This document shows positions 16,065 to 36,524 of a DNA stretch of 64,000 bases, piece after piece. Location: NCBI RefSeq assembly GCF_009914755.1, contig NC_060929.1. One strand, given 5' to 3'. The translations under genes were made by a program, and so were the position numbers. Position 1 is the first letter of the stretch; each line of letters starts with the position of its first letter. The notes beneath the pieces are model-generated. The model was not told the origin of the DNA, ran no database searches, and worked only from the letters and a program-made list of their open reading frames with translations. The stretch is from the human T2T-CHM13v2.0 reference genome, Homo sapiens.

Positions 16065-16509
16065 TGTGAAAGGAAAATACATTGGGCCCCAAAATCAATA
16101 AGCTAAAGTGAAAAGTCAAGCTGGGAATTGCTTAGGGCAAACCTGCCTCCCATTCTATTCAAAGTCACCCCTCTGCTCATTGAGATAAATGCATAACTGA
16201 TTGCCTCCTTTGGAGAGGCTAATCAGAAACTCAAAAGAATGAAACCATTTGTATCTTATCTACCTATGACCTGGAAGCCCCCTCCCACTTCAAGTTGTCT
16301 CACCTTTCCAGAATGAACCAATGTTCATCTTACATATATTGATTGATGTCTCATGTGTCCCTAAAATGTTTAAAACCAAACTATGCTCTGACCACCTTGG
16401 GCACATGTCATTGGGACCTCCTCAGACTGTCATGGGTGCATGTCCTCAACCTTGCCAAAATAAACTTTCTAAATTAACTGGGACCTGTCTCTGATTTTCA
16501 GGGTTCACA
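16065..16509 (+). mobile_element. MER4A-type 3' LTR
   Basis: TGTGAAAGG...GGGTTCACA, preceded by the PPT, homologous to 2061-2795. Confidence 0.9.
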
Positions 16510-17238
16510 GCGAAATAAAGACTTTCCAAGACAAAAGCTGAGAGATATTATCCATGCTAGACCTGGCCTACAAGAAATGCTAAAGGGAGTTCTTCAACCT
16601 GAAAGAAAAGGTGTCAACTAGGAATAAGAAACCATCCAAAGTTATAAAACTCACTGGTAATAGTATATGCACAGAGAATATTATAACACTGTCATTGTAA
16701 TGTGTAAACGGCTCGTATCTTGAATAGAAAGGCTAAAAGGAAAAACTACTAAAAGTGATAACTACAACAACTTTACATGACAAAAATAGAAAACTATTAT
16801 GTAAATAGAAACAGTTAAAAAGAAGTTAAAGTGTAGAGTTATTAGTTTTCTCTTTGCTTGTTTCATAGTGTGGTTGTTTTTGAAATCAATGTTAAGTCAT
16901 CATCAGTTTAAAATAATGGGTTATAAGATGTTATTTGCAAGTCTCATGATAACCTCAAAAAGCCTACAATGGACACAGAAAAAAAAAGCAAGAAAGTAAA
17001 ACACTGCCAGAGAAAATCATCTTCACAAAAAGGAAGACAGGAAGGAAGGAAGGCAGAGAAGACCACAAAACAACTAGAAAACAAATAACAAAATGGCAGG
17101 AGTAAGTTCTTACTTATCTATAATAACATTGAATATAAATGGACTAAATTCTCCAATCAAAAGACAAAATGGCTGAATGGATGAAAAACAAAAACCAAGA
17201 CCTAACAACATGTTGGCTACAAGAAACACATTTCACTC
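16510..17238 (+). mobile_element. Old L1, right part (ORF1 end, spacer, ORF2 start), then truncated
   Basis: Continues ORF1 (gaaataaagactttccaagac...caagaaatgctaaagggagttcttc); ORF2-like start atggcaggagtaagt at about 17093. Confidence 0.8.
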
Positions 17239-17469
17239 TTCATACTATCAAAAGTCCTATCATTTTCAATGCTTTGTCCTATTTAAGTATACTTTTTAGC
17301 TAGCTAAGGTTGTAACTATTATTAGAGGCAAAAAGAAAATTAAAATAGTGAGTATATTATGCCTCAGAAATGTCTAATAGAAAAGCTTTAGCAGCTGAAC
17401 AAAGTCTCTCTGAAAGTTTTTTTTATTGACCTGTGTTAGAATAATAGCATCAATATTCATTTTTCTGGG

Positions 17470-17685
17470 TGTAGTATAGAGTGATAGTTAAGAGCAGGGT
17501 TTTTGGAATCAGACAACACTTTATTATAATATTGAAAAAATTATTTAAACTGTCTAATAAACTTTCAGAATCTCAAATTCCTTCTTTGAAAAATGCACAA
17601 TTATAGATTTTTAATGAGGATTAAATGAGGCAACATATGTAAAGCACATAACAGTATTCCACACATAATAAATAATAAATGAGAG
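17470..17685 (+). mobile_element. MIR
   Basis: MIR core-like ttaagagc...ggaatcagac and tgaggattaaatgag...atgtaaagcac. Confidence 0.7.
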
Positions 17686-18339
17686 TAAGTTTTTTTTTAA
17701 TAAATTCTATGGCCTAATACACTGAGAATTTTTTTCGTGGATTTGGATCTATGAATTTTTAAAAATGTGCCTTCCTTTCATCACTTTGGTTGGCCAACGC
17801 TATGTGGACTCCTTGCTCTTACTTGCCCACTGGAACTAATAAAGAAAATGGTGTTACTTTGAATAGACAGGGACGAAAATTGCCTTTGCCAGCCTGATAA
17901 GTGAAAATTGTATCTTATAGTAGTTTTAATTTGTATTTGTACTCTGAGTGATATTGAGATTGTTTTAAGACATTAAGAACCATTTGCATTTTCTTTCTTG
18001 TGAACTTTTTATTTATATCTTTTGTCCATTTTTGCTGGGTTGTTAGCATTTTCCTTAATGATTTGTAGGAATATTTATATATTGACCTCCATTATTTCCA
18101 AGGTCACATTACAAGTTTAAGTTCATGTCAAGTCAGAGGACAATGCTGACATTGTGGTGCATTCCACAATTGGTGTTATATTTATGACATATATGACATA
18201 AACATTTTAGGCTTTATCTTAGTATTTCTCAAGCAAAATATGAAACTACAAAAAACCTTCCTGATAGCCGTAGTAATGATCTCAATACATGAGAACACAC
18301 ATGTTTGAAACACATTTTCAAATAGGTACTTCAAATACA

Positions 18340-18660
<321 letters not shown>

Positions 18661-18879
18661 TTACTATCTGTAAGCACCTTGAGAGTAGGGACTAGATCTT
18701 ATTTTTATAGTGGTAGTTCCTTGAATTTTTTAGGATGTCAATATATGTATTTATAAATATAAACTAAATGTATGCTTTCTTTTAAGAGAGTTTTCTCCGC
18801 TATGTCACTCTGTAACTGAAATCCCAGGTTGTTCTTTTATTTTTATAACTTTGTCTTCTGTTCTTTGTTTTATTTCTTA

Positions 18880-19002
18880 TTTATTTATTAAATTTCATCT
18901 TTTATTTTCAATTCGGGGGTACATGTGGAGGTTTGATACATGGTGTACAGTGTGATGCTGAGGTTTGGGGTATGATTGAACCCATCACCCAGGTAGTGAG
19001 CA
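18880..19002 (-). mobile_element. Short L1 3'-end fragment (L1PB/late L1PA-like)
   Basis: gggggtacatgtggaggtttg...cccatcacccaggtagtgagca, typical of the reverse L1 3'UTR. Confidence 0.7.
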
Positions 19003-21310
<2,308 letters not shown>

Positions 21311-21327
21311 TTTTTTAAGAAAGAGGG

Positions 21328-23304
21328 GGCAACCCCCTTTGGGTCTCCTCCCATTTTATGGGAGTTCTGTTTTCACTTTATTAAATCTTGCAACTGCACA
21401 CTCTTCTGGTCCGTGTTTGTTACGGCTCGAGCTGAGCTTTTGCTTGCCATCCACCACTGCTGTTTGCCGCCATCGCAGACCCTGACTTCCACCCCTCTGG
21501 ATCTGGCAGGGTGTCCGCTGCACTCCTGATCCAGCGAGGCACCCATTGCTGCCCCCTATTGGGCTAAAGGCTCGCCATTGTTCCTGCATGGCTAAGTGCC
21601 TGGGTTCATCCTAATCGAGCTGAACACTAGTCGCTGGGTTCCACGGTTCTCTTCCATGACCCATGGCTTCTAAGAGAGCTATAACACTCACCACATGGCC
21701 CAAGATTCCATTCCTTGGAATCTGTGAGGCCAAGAACCCCAGGTCAGAGAACAAGAGGCTTGCTGCCATATTGAGAGCAGCACCACCATCTTGGGAGCTC
21801 TAAGAACAAGGACCCCCACACCCCGTAACATTTTGGCGACCACAAAGGGACTTCCAAAGCAGTGAATAATATTGGACCACTTTTGCTTGCTATCCTGTCC
21901 TATCCTTCCTTAGAATTGGAGGAAAATACCAGGCACCTGTCTGCCAGTTAAAAATGATTAGCGTGGCTGCTGGACTTAAGACTCAGGTGTGAGGCTGTCT
22001 GGGAGAGGGCTTTCTAACAACCCCCAACCCTTCTGGGTTGGAAGCCTGATCTGCCTAGAACCAGCTTCCACTTTCAATTTTCTTGGGGAAGCTAAGGGCC
22101 GATTAGAAGCAGAAAGCTGTTGTCCTGAACTCCCGGCATTAGCCAGTTGAGATTATGGCGCAGCCAGAAGTCTCTACTCAACAGTTGCCCATGCGTGCAC
22201 CCCTACCTTTCCTTCTGACCCATACCTCCTGGGTCCTGACCATGAATTTCTTGAAAGTGTAGCCTCAAAATTCTCCTTACCTCTGAATCTATTTCCTCTG
22301 ATCCCTGCCTCCTAGATACTAATGCTTCAGGCTTTCACTTCCTCTCCCAAGTATTAGAGCAGGTTACATCTCCAAAGGGATATAAGGAAGCTCTACACTG
22401 CGTCCTTAGGCCCTTAAACTATGAACCCAGGGAGTCCTGTCCCTGGTGTCCCTCCCAATTTAAGCATAGAGCTCTCGACATGGGCAGTTATGTGGGACCT
22501 GTTCCCCAGCACCCTTGCCAGGGCCTTAGAACTGATAACCCAGTACTTTAACAACTGGAACTGGGTCTACAACAACATAATAAATCAGGATGAAAGCAAA
22601 TAGAGTAAATAAAAGGGAGGCACATATTCCTGTAGTGGCAAATGGGGGCAACGAGTGAACGTCCTTCCACTGTGTTTCCAAAAATCCATCTACAAAGACA
22701 GAAAGGAGAAAGTAAGAGAGAAAGAGAAAGATAGAAGGAGTAAAGAAAAACAGTGTAACCTATTTCTTTAAAAGCCAGGGTAAATTTAAACCTATAATTG
22801 ATAACTGAAGGTTTTCTCCCTGGCCCTATAACACTCCAATACCACTTTGTTGTCAGTGTAAATAAGGGCGTAGCCCGAAAGCTCTGAGGCCACTGACAAC
22901 CAGTAGCCTTCGTATCAAAAATCCTTAACCCAGGAACCTGCAGTTGGCCCAAATGCATTCAATCTGTAGTGGCAACTGCTTTGCTAACAGAAGAAAGTAG
23001 AAAATTAGCCTTTAGAGGAAACCTCATTGTGAGCAAACCTCACCAGTTCAGAACTATCCTAAGTCAAAAAAGCAAAAAGGTAGCTTACTAACTCAAAAAT
23101 CTTAAAGTATGGGGCTATTCTGTTAGAGAAAGGTAATTTAACATTAACCACTGAAAATTCCATTAACCCAGCAGATTTCCCAACAAGGGATTTCAATCTT
23201 AATTACCATACAAAGATCCAACCAGACCTAGGAGGAACTCCCTTCAGGACAGGACAATAGATGGTTCCTCCCAGGTGATTGAGAAAAAAACACAATGGGT
23301 ATTC
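21328..23304 (+). mobile_element. HERV-W (LTR17 R-U5 plus HERV17 pre-gag leader), lacking U3 and 3'-truncated
   Basis: ggcaaccccctttgggtc...ccccgtaaca (LTR end 21830), PBS tggcgaccac at 21834, leader with an AG-rich tract at about 22690-22750. Confidence 0.85.
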
Positions 23305-23759
23305 TCTAAAAAATATGCCTTTCTTTACCTACAACTGCCTTGGTAAATCCCTTTACTGCCCATGAAGCAGGCCCTCAGCCAGTTGCACCCATGACAGTCC
23401 CCTCCACTGTAGCAAGAAAAGCAATAATCTTGATGAATGTTTATAAAATACTAAATAAATAAATAAATAAAACTTATACTATCAGCCCACCATGGAAAAA
23501 ATATGCAACACCAAAAATTCCCATATTTTTCTTTTAAAACTGGCAAATGAGGAAATAGCTGGGTGGAGTTTAGAATTACATAAGAAGATATGATGGTATT
23601 CTATATGGAACAAAGGAGAAATAGACCATTTAGCTGAAAGCTCCATCTTGCTTTGGAGCATTATTGTTTCTCTTCATTTTACCATTTTACCTTTTTTAAA
23701 ATCCAAAATAAATTGGTGTGTGTGTCTCCTTAATGATTTGGTTTTGCAATTGTTATTAT

Positions 23760-24030
23760 TCAGACTTATACTTCTGTAAGGTCATCTACCCAGCAACTGC
23801 CTGTCCAACCTTGGACTGATGCCACTCTTATTACTGCTCCTTGTAGCCAAGGATAATTGTATCAAAACAATTGTGTAATCCTCCTCATTTTTTTCTTTAA
23901 AAACTTTTGTCTTCCTTTGACAACCACCCTCCTGAATACACTCACTATATTTCCATTGCAACGCTTACTCCCAAATAAATATCATTTTCTTTCAGAGAAC
24001 CTCTTTCTGTGTCTGTTATTTAGGTTCACA
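23760..24030 (+). mobile_element. MER39/MER34-like ERV1 LTR 3' part
   Basis: gtagccaaggataatt...aataaatatcattttc...ttatttaggttcaca terminus. Family tentative. Confidence 0.65.
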
Positions 24031-24757
24031 ACAGACAGATAGATGGATGGCATCAAAGTCTTAAATGATTGCTTTTTTCAATACCTAACCCTAGATCCCC
24101 AATCATTTATTTAATAATTTATTTTTTTCCTGTTGAGTTATAGTGTATATTAAATCATTGTTGTATCTTATAATAATTATTTATGCAAAGGTCTATTTGG
24201 CGGTTTTTTTCTGTTCCATTAATTTTTATATTCTTGCATTATCTATAAACCTTTTATTATTGTGGTTTATTTTGATACGTGGGAGTCCTAGTCTTCCTAG
24301 CTATTCTTTGTAAAATTTTCCTTGCCATTCTTACAACTTTTTCCATATTAATTTTAGGATAATTTTGTTAAGCACTGTCCTCTCCAAACAATTCCTGTTG
24401 GGAATTTAATAGGGGTCACATTAAATCCACATACTACTTTGGGCTGAATTTGACATGTTTATATCCCTAAGTCTCCTCATCCAAGGATATCAATAGGATT
24501 TGTTTACAAGAAATGAAGATCTCCTCGCATTATCTTGGAAAATTAGGCCTATCATACTCATAGTTCCTACTCACTCATGGCTCTGTACACTGTCTCTTGA
24601 CTTTCTTTTGGATTCTGCTCCTGCCAACTGCTTGACTCTTTCCTCAGATCTACAGTTTAAGTTTCCTAGAAAGAGAATTGGCCTAGTCAAACATTGTCCT
24701 TATTGGAATAGAGTTTTCTTTTTACTGTCATAAGAAGTAACAAAGACATTTATTTGA

Positions 24758-25395
<638 letters not shown>

Positions 25396-26669
25396 AGATA
25401 AAGTTACATATGATATTTCAGATATGTTGGCTGCTCATGAATAGGATTATGTTTCCTTTATGGTTTCTATAAAGAAAAGCTATTTTTTAAAAAGATGTTT
25501 TATTATATTCAACCACTTTACAATGTGCTATTATTTCTAAGTTTTTCCATTGATTCTCTTAAGGTTTCTATGTAAAAAAGAAATATTTTTTTCAAATAAT
25601 GCCTATGTCAAATCCTTTCATAAATTTACTTTTTAAAATTGCAGGATAGATAATAAGAGTTGAAAGGAGAGGGTGTATTGAAGAGAAATTCCAAAAGGTA
25701 GAATGTGCAGGACTCCACGATGGGGGGCAAGGGACTGGGAGGAATAAAGGACGACTTCCAAGCTTCAGCTTTGCATGACTATGTAGAGAGATAATTCATT
25801 AAGCAATTTTCGTGGAAGACAATAGTCATCAGATTACAACTAAGAGATTAGCAGACTATTGTATTCACAAGTAAAAATAAGGACACCAGCATTGCTGGGC
25901 TATAAGAGTAAGCATAGCTTAGAGACTTAAATCAGCTAAGGCTCCAAAGCATAAACCAACTGTCCTTGTTTTTGTGGCAGCTCCATGGGCCCTTGTGTTT
26001 ATGGTGACAGCATCTCTCTGTCCCCATCTCATTACCACCCATCAACCACTTCACCCTTTTCCTCAAGTCTATCATACGAATAGTTTCTGCTCACTCATGG
26101 CTCTGTACGCTGTCTTCTGAGTGTCTTTTGGATTCTGCTCCTGCCAACTGCTTGACTCTTTCCTCAGACCTACAGTTCAAATTTCCTAGGAAGAGAGTTG
26201 GCCTAACCAAATGCTGTCCCTATTGGAATAGAGTTTTCTTATCAGGGCACTTAGCCAGCAGCGGGTCGGTTTCTGGAATGGCTGTCTTTAGGCAGGTGTT
26301 CACTCTGTATCCAGTTGTGTGGGACAACCAACAGATTAGGGTAACACCTAGTGCCTCTGCAGTCAGCACAGTCTTTAGGGGAGGGGACTCACTGTCACAA
26401 TTTAGAAGCCTACGGACATAGCCACAAGCTGTGCTTGTTCTGGCTGGTACTACAAGAAGAAGGAAGGGCAGGTTGTGGGAGTGGGAGGCAAGGGGATGCA
26501 AGTTAAGTTTTGGTCATGTTTCGTTAGAGTTGCTTGTAGTATGTCCCCAAAGATATGTCCTGCAGGTGGTGGGAAATTCTGGCCCAAGTTTGGGAGCCTC
26601 CGTAGCATTTTTCAGCTCCCTCTTGTAGTACCTACTCTATTATAATCTAAATTTACTTGTTTCAAAACA

Positions 26670-26787
26670 CCAGATCATTAGCTCCTTGAAGCCAAGGCTT
26701 TGGTCCAATTCACCTTTGTGTCCTCAGTGCCTGACACACAGTAAATGCTTAGTAAATATCTGCTGAATGAATGAATGGATGAATGAC
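26670..26787 (+). mobile_element. L2 3' end
   Basis: agctccttgaagccaagg...cagtgcctgacacacagtaaatgcttagtaaatatctgctgaatgaatgaatg. Confidence 0.75.
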
Positions 26788-27021
26788 TGTGGTTTGTAGA
26801 CAGTTAAATTGGTAGAGATAATAATAAGCTATTTTCTCCATTTCGTACTTGAAAAGTATGCATCCAGTAGCTGTCACTTCATTAAGGAGTCTATTTCCTG
26901 AACCAGTCATAGTATTCGCAGGTCCTGAGTCCTCAGAGTGAACCTCTCAGGTTAGAGAAAGAATGCCTGAAGCCGGGATCTGCTCTGAGTTTAGAAGATC
27001 TTGTTATGTGATTGCTTGTAC

Positions 27022-27717
27022 TTATTTTATTATTTTATTTTATTTTATCTTTTAGAGACAAGGTCTTGCTCTGTCACCCTGGCTAGACTGCAGTGGTGTG
27101 ATCATAGCTCACTGTAACTTCGAACTCCTGGCCTCAAGTGATCCTCCTTCCTTGGCCTCCTGAAGTGCTGGGATTACAGACATGAGCCACTACACCTGGC
27201 CTGCTTTCTTACAAATGTGGTTTGGCAGAATTTGTTTTATGATTTCCCTTTATCGTAACCTTGCTTACCACCTGGAAACAAGATTGTGAGGGAGAGGCAC
27301 ATAGACACTCCGCCTAACCTTAATTGCCAGGTTACTGACTTTTACCTGACAATTATAGAACAAATTGGCTTATGTTGGTTCAAAATAAACTGCTTGCAAA
27401 TGTTTCCTGTCATAAACAGTTGACTAAAATGAGATTTTTTTTGAGACAGGCTCTCACTCAGGCTGGAGTGCAGTAACACAGTCACAGCTCACTGAAGCCT
27501 CAACCTCCCAGGCTCAAGCCATCCTCCTACCTCGGCCTCCTAAGTAGGTGGGACTCCAGGCGTGCACTACCATGCTCAGCTAATTTTTTTATTGTTTGAA
27601 GAGACAGGTTTTACCATGTTTCCCAGGATGATCTCAAACGCCTGGGCTCAAATGATCCTACTGCCTCAGCCTCTAAAAGTGCTGGGATTACAGGAGTGAG
27701 CCACCACCCTTGGCCTC
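27022..27717 (-). mobile_element. Two old Alu elements (monomer-like 27022-27201 and AluJ 27435-27717)
   Basis: Reverse Alu consensus with J-type diagnostics. Confidence 0.85.
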
Positions 27718-29415
27718 AAATGACATTTTTTGGTAGGAAAGCACAATACTGAGATTAAAGCACAATACTGAGATTAAAGTACAATCTATACCTATAAGTA
27801 AACTGAGGTCTCTAAAGTTAAGTGATTTGTTCAAGACTTACACAACTTGTTAGGGCAGGGCTGAGACTAAACCACAGAGTCTCATAGCCTGAAACAGTGA
27901 AAACACATATCTCCTTCCATCTTTCCAGGGTCAGCCACGTTTTTTCAACAATGGGCTATGTGGTGATTCTGAAGGCTACATGAAGGTTTAGTTGGTTAAA
28001 ATCTGTGTCAAGAAGTTCCAAAGTTGGCATATGAGGGTCTGAGTTATCTGAAGTCTATGTGTATAATTTGGAGGTTTTATAAATGCTTATTTTTCTTCTC
28101 AAGTTAATTAACCTGCATAATTTCAATTTCATGGTCTAATTTTAACACTAAATTAGAACAGGATAAAGTCATATAATTATGTTCAACTTCAATTATCATT
28201 ACTAATCAGTCCAGACTGCTACCATGATTACTGGCTGTAATCAGTTACACAGCAGTTAATGCCCCCAGTGACCTAAACTATTCATATGAGTTACTTTACT
28301 GGACAGTTCTGAAGGTCTAAAATACTTCAGATAAGCCACACATTAGATACCCAGACACTATACAATGCTCATTTTTATAGTATGTCCACTAACTACATCC
28401 CAGCTGAATCCTTGCATGAGACGTGTTTTTAGTTTGGCTCCTGTCATTAATCTGGCTGACCTTGTTTGAGTCATTTAACCTCTCCGGATCTTCTATTGAG
28501 AGAATGCAGGTAAACAATCTCTAAGAGCAATTCTGGCTTCAAAACTGCCCTTCACTTTTCACAACTTGGGAACCCTTACATTCACATTTACTTCCAAAAG
28601 GGTGCTCTAAATCCCTGCCTTCTTTCCAACTTGGCTTGAGTCTTCTGGAAGGAAACCTGAACATCTCCCTCACCGTTTCCTTTGATTCTAGCGTCAGCCC
28701 TCAAAAGCCCCAAACTCTTTAAAGCCAAAGGCACAACTAAGGAAAAGAAAACCCTCCCCTTTCCCATCCAATGTCTAAACCACTACTCTAGTCAAGTTAC
28801 TTCTTCCCTCCAGTTTCTCTGGGATTGTAATTTTTTTTTACACTTCTGAAACAAAACACATTTCTCTGTAAATGTTTTCTACTTCTAAGAAAAGCAGAAA
28901 TCAGCTACCATCTCTGCCCCAAAGGGCAGGTGTATTCCAAACTTTAACCAATTTTTACATCTTTCTTACCAGTTTGCACTCTTTCATTCCTGTTCTATTT
29001 AATTAAATTTATTTTATTTTGTCTCATTATAAAAATAATCAACAATCATGATAGAAAATATAAAAATTATGGAATACTACAAAGAAGGAGATTTTTTTAA
29101 AAAGTGATAATCTAACTACCCAGAGGCAACTGCTGGCAACGTTTTGACACATTTCCTTTAGTCTCTTTTGCTTCTCTGCATTGACTTTTCCACCTTGTCT
29201 CCTCACTTGTTCTTCCCTGCATGCCTTCAATGTCTGAGAACTTTCCAACTACCTAAGTAAGTAGATTAAAAGATTCAAGAACTTGGAGAGAAACTGTGTT
29301 CTGGAATATGCAGAACAATTCCTTCTTTTTCAGACCATGCTTCCTCCCCAGTTTTTTTATTATAGACATTTCTGAACACACAAAAAAGTTGAAATGGTGA
29401 TAAAATGAACATCTG

Positions 29416-32990
<3,575 letters not shown>

Positions 32991-33342
32991 TCAATGGAAG
33001 CCCCGGAGGGTTTCATATCTCACCATGGAGAGACAGTGGAAAATTTCACTCTACTTTTCAGAGGATTTTGCCTTAGTTCCCAGATAGTAAACCATGACCA
33101 ACTCTCATTTTGTTGGATGTATATTCTTAATAAATTATTTTATAATGAGAAAGAGATGGGGAAGAATTTTCTTCTTTGAGTTATATTTTTCTTTTAGAGT
33201 AGATTTATTATCATCTCTAGTTTGCCAGCTTCCTTTCTTTAATTCCTTTATTTTCTGAATGTAGTACTTTTATCAAGTTGCCATACTGTTTATTTCTTTG
33301 TACCTCATAGAAGCAGTGGGCTGTTGTGTCTAGATTCTAGAA

Positions 33343-33581
33343 CAGTGGTTCTCAACTTAGGGTAATTTTGTCCCTAGACAACATTTGGTAATGTCTGAAG
33401 ACATTTTTGGTGTCTCAACTGTGGTGGTGGGGGTGTTGCTACTGGCATCTAGTAGGTACAGATTAGGGATACTACTAAATATTCTACAAGTCATAGGACA
33501 CCCCCTTCCTTCCCCACATAAATATACACTCAAAAGAATTATCTGGCCCCAAATGTCAAGTGCTCAATTTGAGAAACCCTG
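33343..33581. mobile_element. MER20 (hAT-Charlie DNA transposon MITE)
   Basis: TIRs cagtggttctcaa / ttgagaaaccctg and imperfect 8-bp target duplication ttctagaa / ttctaggg. Confidence 0.85.
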
Positions 33582-33897
33582 TTCTAGGGCCTTCTGTTTA
33601 TATGATGTATTACATGGAGAAATTGTTCTTATTACTATTCCCATATTAGACACCTATTTGCCTTCCTCTAAGAACAAACACTTTAAAGCTGAATGCTGAG
33701 TTCTATTCAATATTGAGGACACTGAAATGGAGAGTTCTTTTGTCACTACATTCACCTGTTACCAAGTCATCTGGGCTTTGCTCTATTTTCTGAGATTTCT
33801 TATACCCAGGAAGCCTCCACCTGATTGAAGCAGGCTTCAGATCACCTCCATAATTCAGGTCACTTCCCTAATTCAGCATGGACATAGAAAATGGTGA

Positions 33898-34441
<544 letters not shown>

Positions 34442-34789
34442 GAGCAATGCTTTTTAAGGCTTATGACACAACGTTGTACTTCTTCCCTTGCTTTGTGGCT
34501 ACAAGTGAAATTTTTGCCTCTTTCTCACTGTCTTTTGAAGATTTTGTCAGATAGTGAGGAAAGGAAACTTTTGTGTCCAGCCTGTCATTTTTATCCCAAA
34601 TATTTTTACCATAGTAGTAGGTATTAAAATATTCCAGACCCAGCATTTTATTACACTAATATTACCTTATTGTTGATCTTAGATGGCTCTAAAATTAGGC
34701 CGACCAGGAAGCACTAGGTCTGGGAATTTACCCATGGATAACAGTGACAGGAGGCTATAAGCAAGGAACCATGATCACGTGGAAAGTTT

Positions 34790-35045
34790 ATGTTTGTTTA
34801 TTTGAGACAGGGTCTCACTCTGTCACCCAATCTGAAGTGCAGTGGCACAATCATAGCTTACTGCAGGTTTGAATTCCTGGGTTCAAGTGATCTTCCCACC
34901 TTAGCCTCTCAAGTAGCTAGGACTACAGACGCGCACCACGATGCCTGGTTGTTTGTTTGTTTGTTTGTTTCTTTCTTTCTTTCTTTCTTTCCTTCCTTCC
35001 TTCCTTCCTTCCTTCCTTCCTTCCTTCCTTCCTTCCTTCCTTCCT

Positions 35046-35093
<48 letters not shown>

Positions 35094-35249
35094 TCCTTCT
35101 TTCCTTCTTTCCTTCTTTTCTTTCTTTCTTTTGAGACGTGGTCTCACTATGTTGCCCAGGCTGGTCTTGAACCCCTGGGCTCAAGTGATCCTCCTGCCTC
35201 AGCCTCCAAAATTATTGGGATTACAGGCATGAACCACCGTGCCTGGCCT
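34790..35249 (-). mobile_element. AluJ with a central compound microsatellite
   Basis: Alu arms flank the repeat at 34948-35132. Confidence 0.8.
34948..35132. repeat. Compound (GTTT)n(CTTT)n(CCTT)n(CTTT)n microsatellite
   Basis: Read directly from the sequence. Confidence 0.95.
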
Positions 35250-35294
35250 AATATTTTTTTTACTTTTTGTGGAGGTGAGAACTCACTATGTTGC

Positions 35295-35871
35295 TGTGGA
35301 GGAAAAGTTAAATATTAAATTTGAATTCAATTGAACATGGACACAAACAATGGTCACCAAGTCCCAGAATAGGTTGTGTGAGCCCCTTGAGGCATTCATC
35401 CAGCACTGTTTCGGAGAAATCTCTACTTCAATCTATTCCGATACATTAGTTATTGAAAAACAATAGACAATCACAAAAACAGGTTGACCTTTTTGTGTTC
35501 CTTGAGCCCAGTCATGAAGAACCCTCGTGACGGGGCCTCATGCCAACAACTTGTTACAAAAAGAGTTAGGGTCCCAGACTGCGCCGAAGCTTCATGAGAC
35601 CTCTCATCATCTGTACATGGACGAGTGGCCGACTTTGGAGCCCAGGCTATTGCTTCCCAGTCTGGTGGTGAATCCTCCATAGTCTGGTGAATGTAAATAT
35701 CTTTTCCCTTCTCCTCTTCCTATTGCGATTTGCTAATTATATCAATCTGCTTATTATATCATTTGCTTATTATATCTGCATTGCCATTTACATGGGATAA
35801 AGGTTGTTTACCCTTAAAGGTATTGTGCGTGTGTCTTTTCTTCTCCCCTTGCGCGTTTCCTACACAGAACA
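35295..35871 (+). mobile_element. Solo LTR, ERVL-type (LTR66-like, tentative), inserted into an Alu monomer
   Basis: TGTGG...AACA ends, exact 5-bp target duplication gttgc (35290-35294 / 35872-35876); Alu sequence resumes afterwards. Confidence 0.75.
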
Positions 35872-36160
35872 GTTGCCTAGGCTGAACTTGAACTTCTGGC
35901 CTCAAGCAGTCTTCCTGCCTTGGCCTCTTAAAGTGCTGGGATTACAAATGCGAGCCACCATGCCTGGCTGGAAGTTTTTTAGAAGAGGCTTGTAAATACC
36001 ACCTAACTAGGAAGAAATGGGAGAACTCAACCTAGAAATAGACAAGTCAGATGGGATTCTGCCCAATAAGTCAGGCAAATCAGGGCGAGAAATAGGGTCT
36101 TGAGGGTTTGACCCTCAGATCATAGTTGCTCGGGAGATTGCTCTCCTCACATACCTGTAA

Positions 36161-36524
<364 letters not shown>

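Noticed and set aside
34790-35318. FLPS/KERK low-complexity ORFs
   Set aside because: These are translations of the microsatellite.
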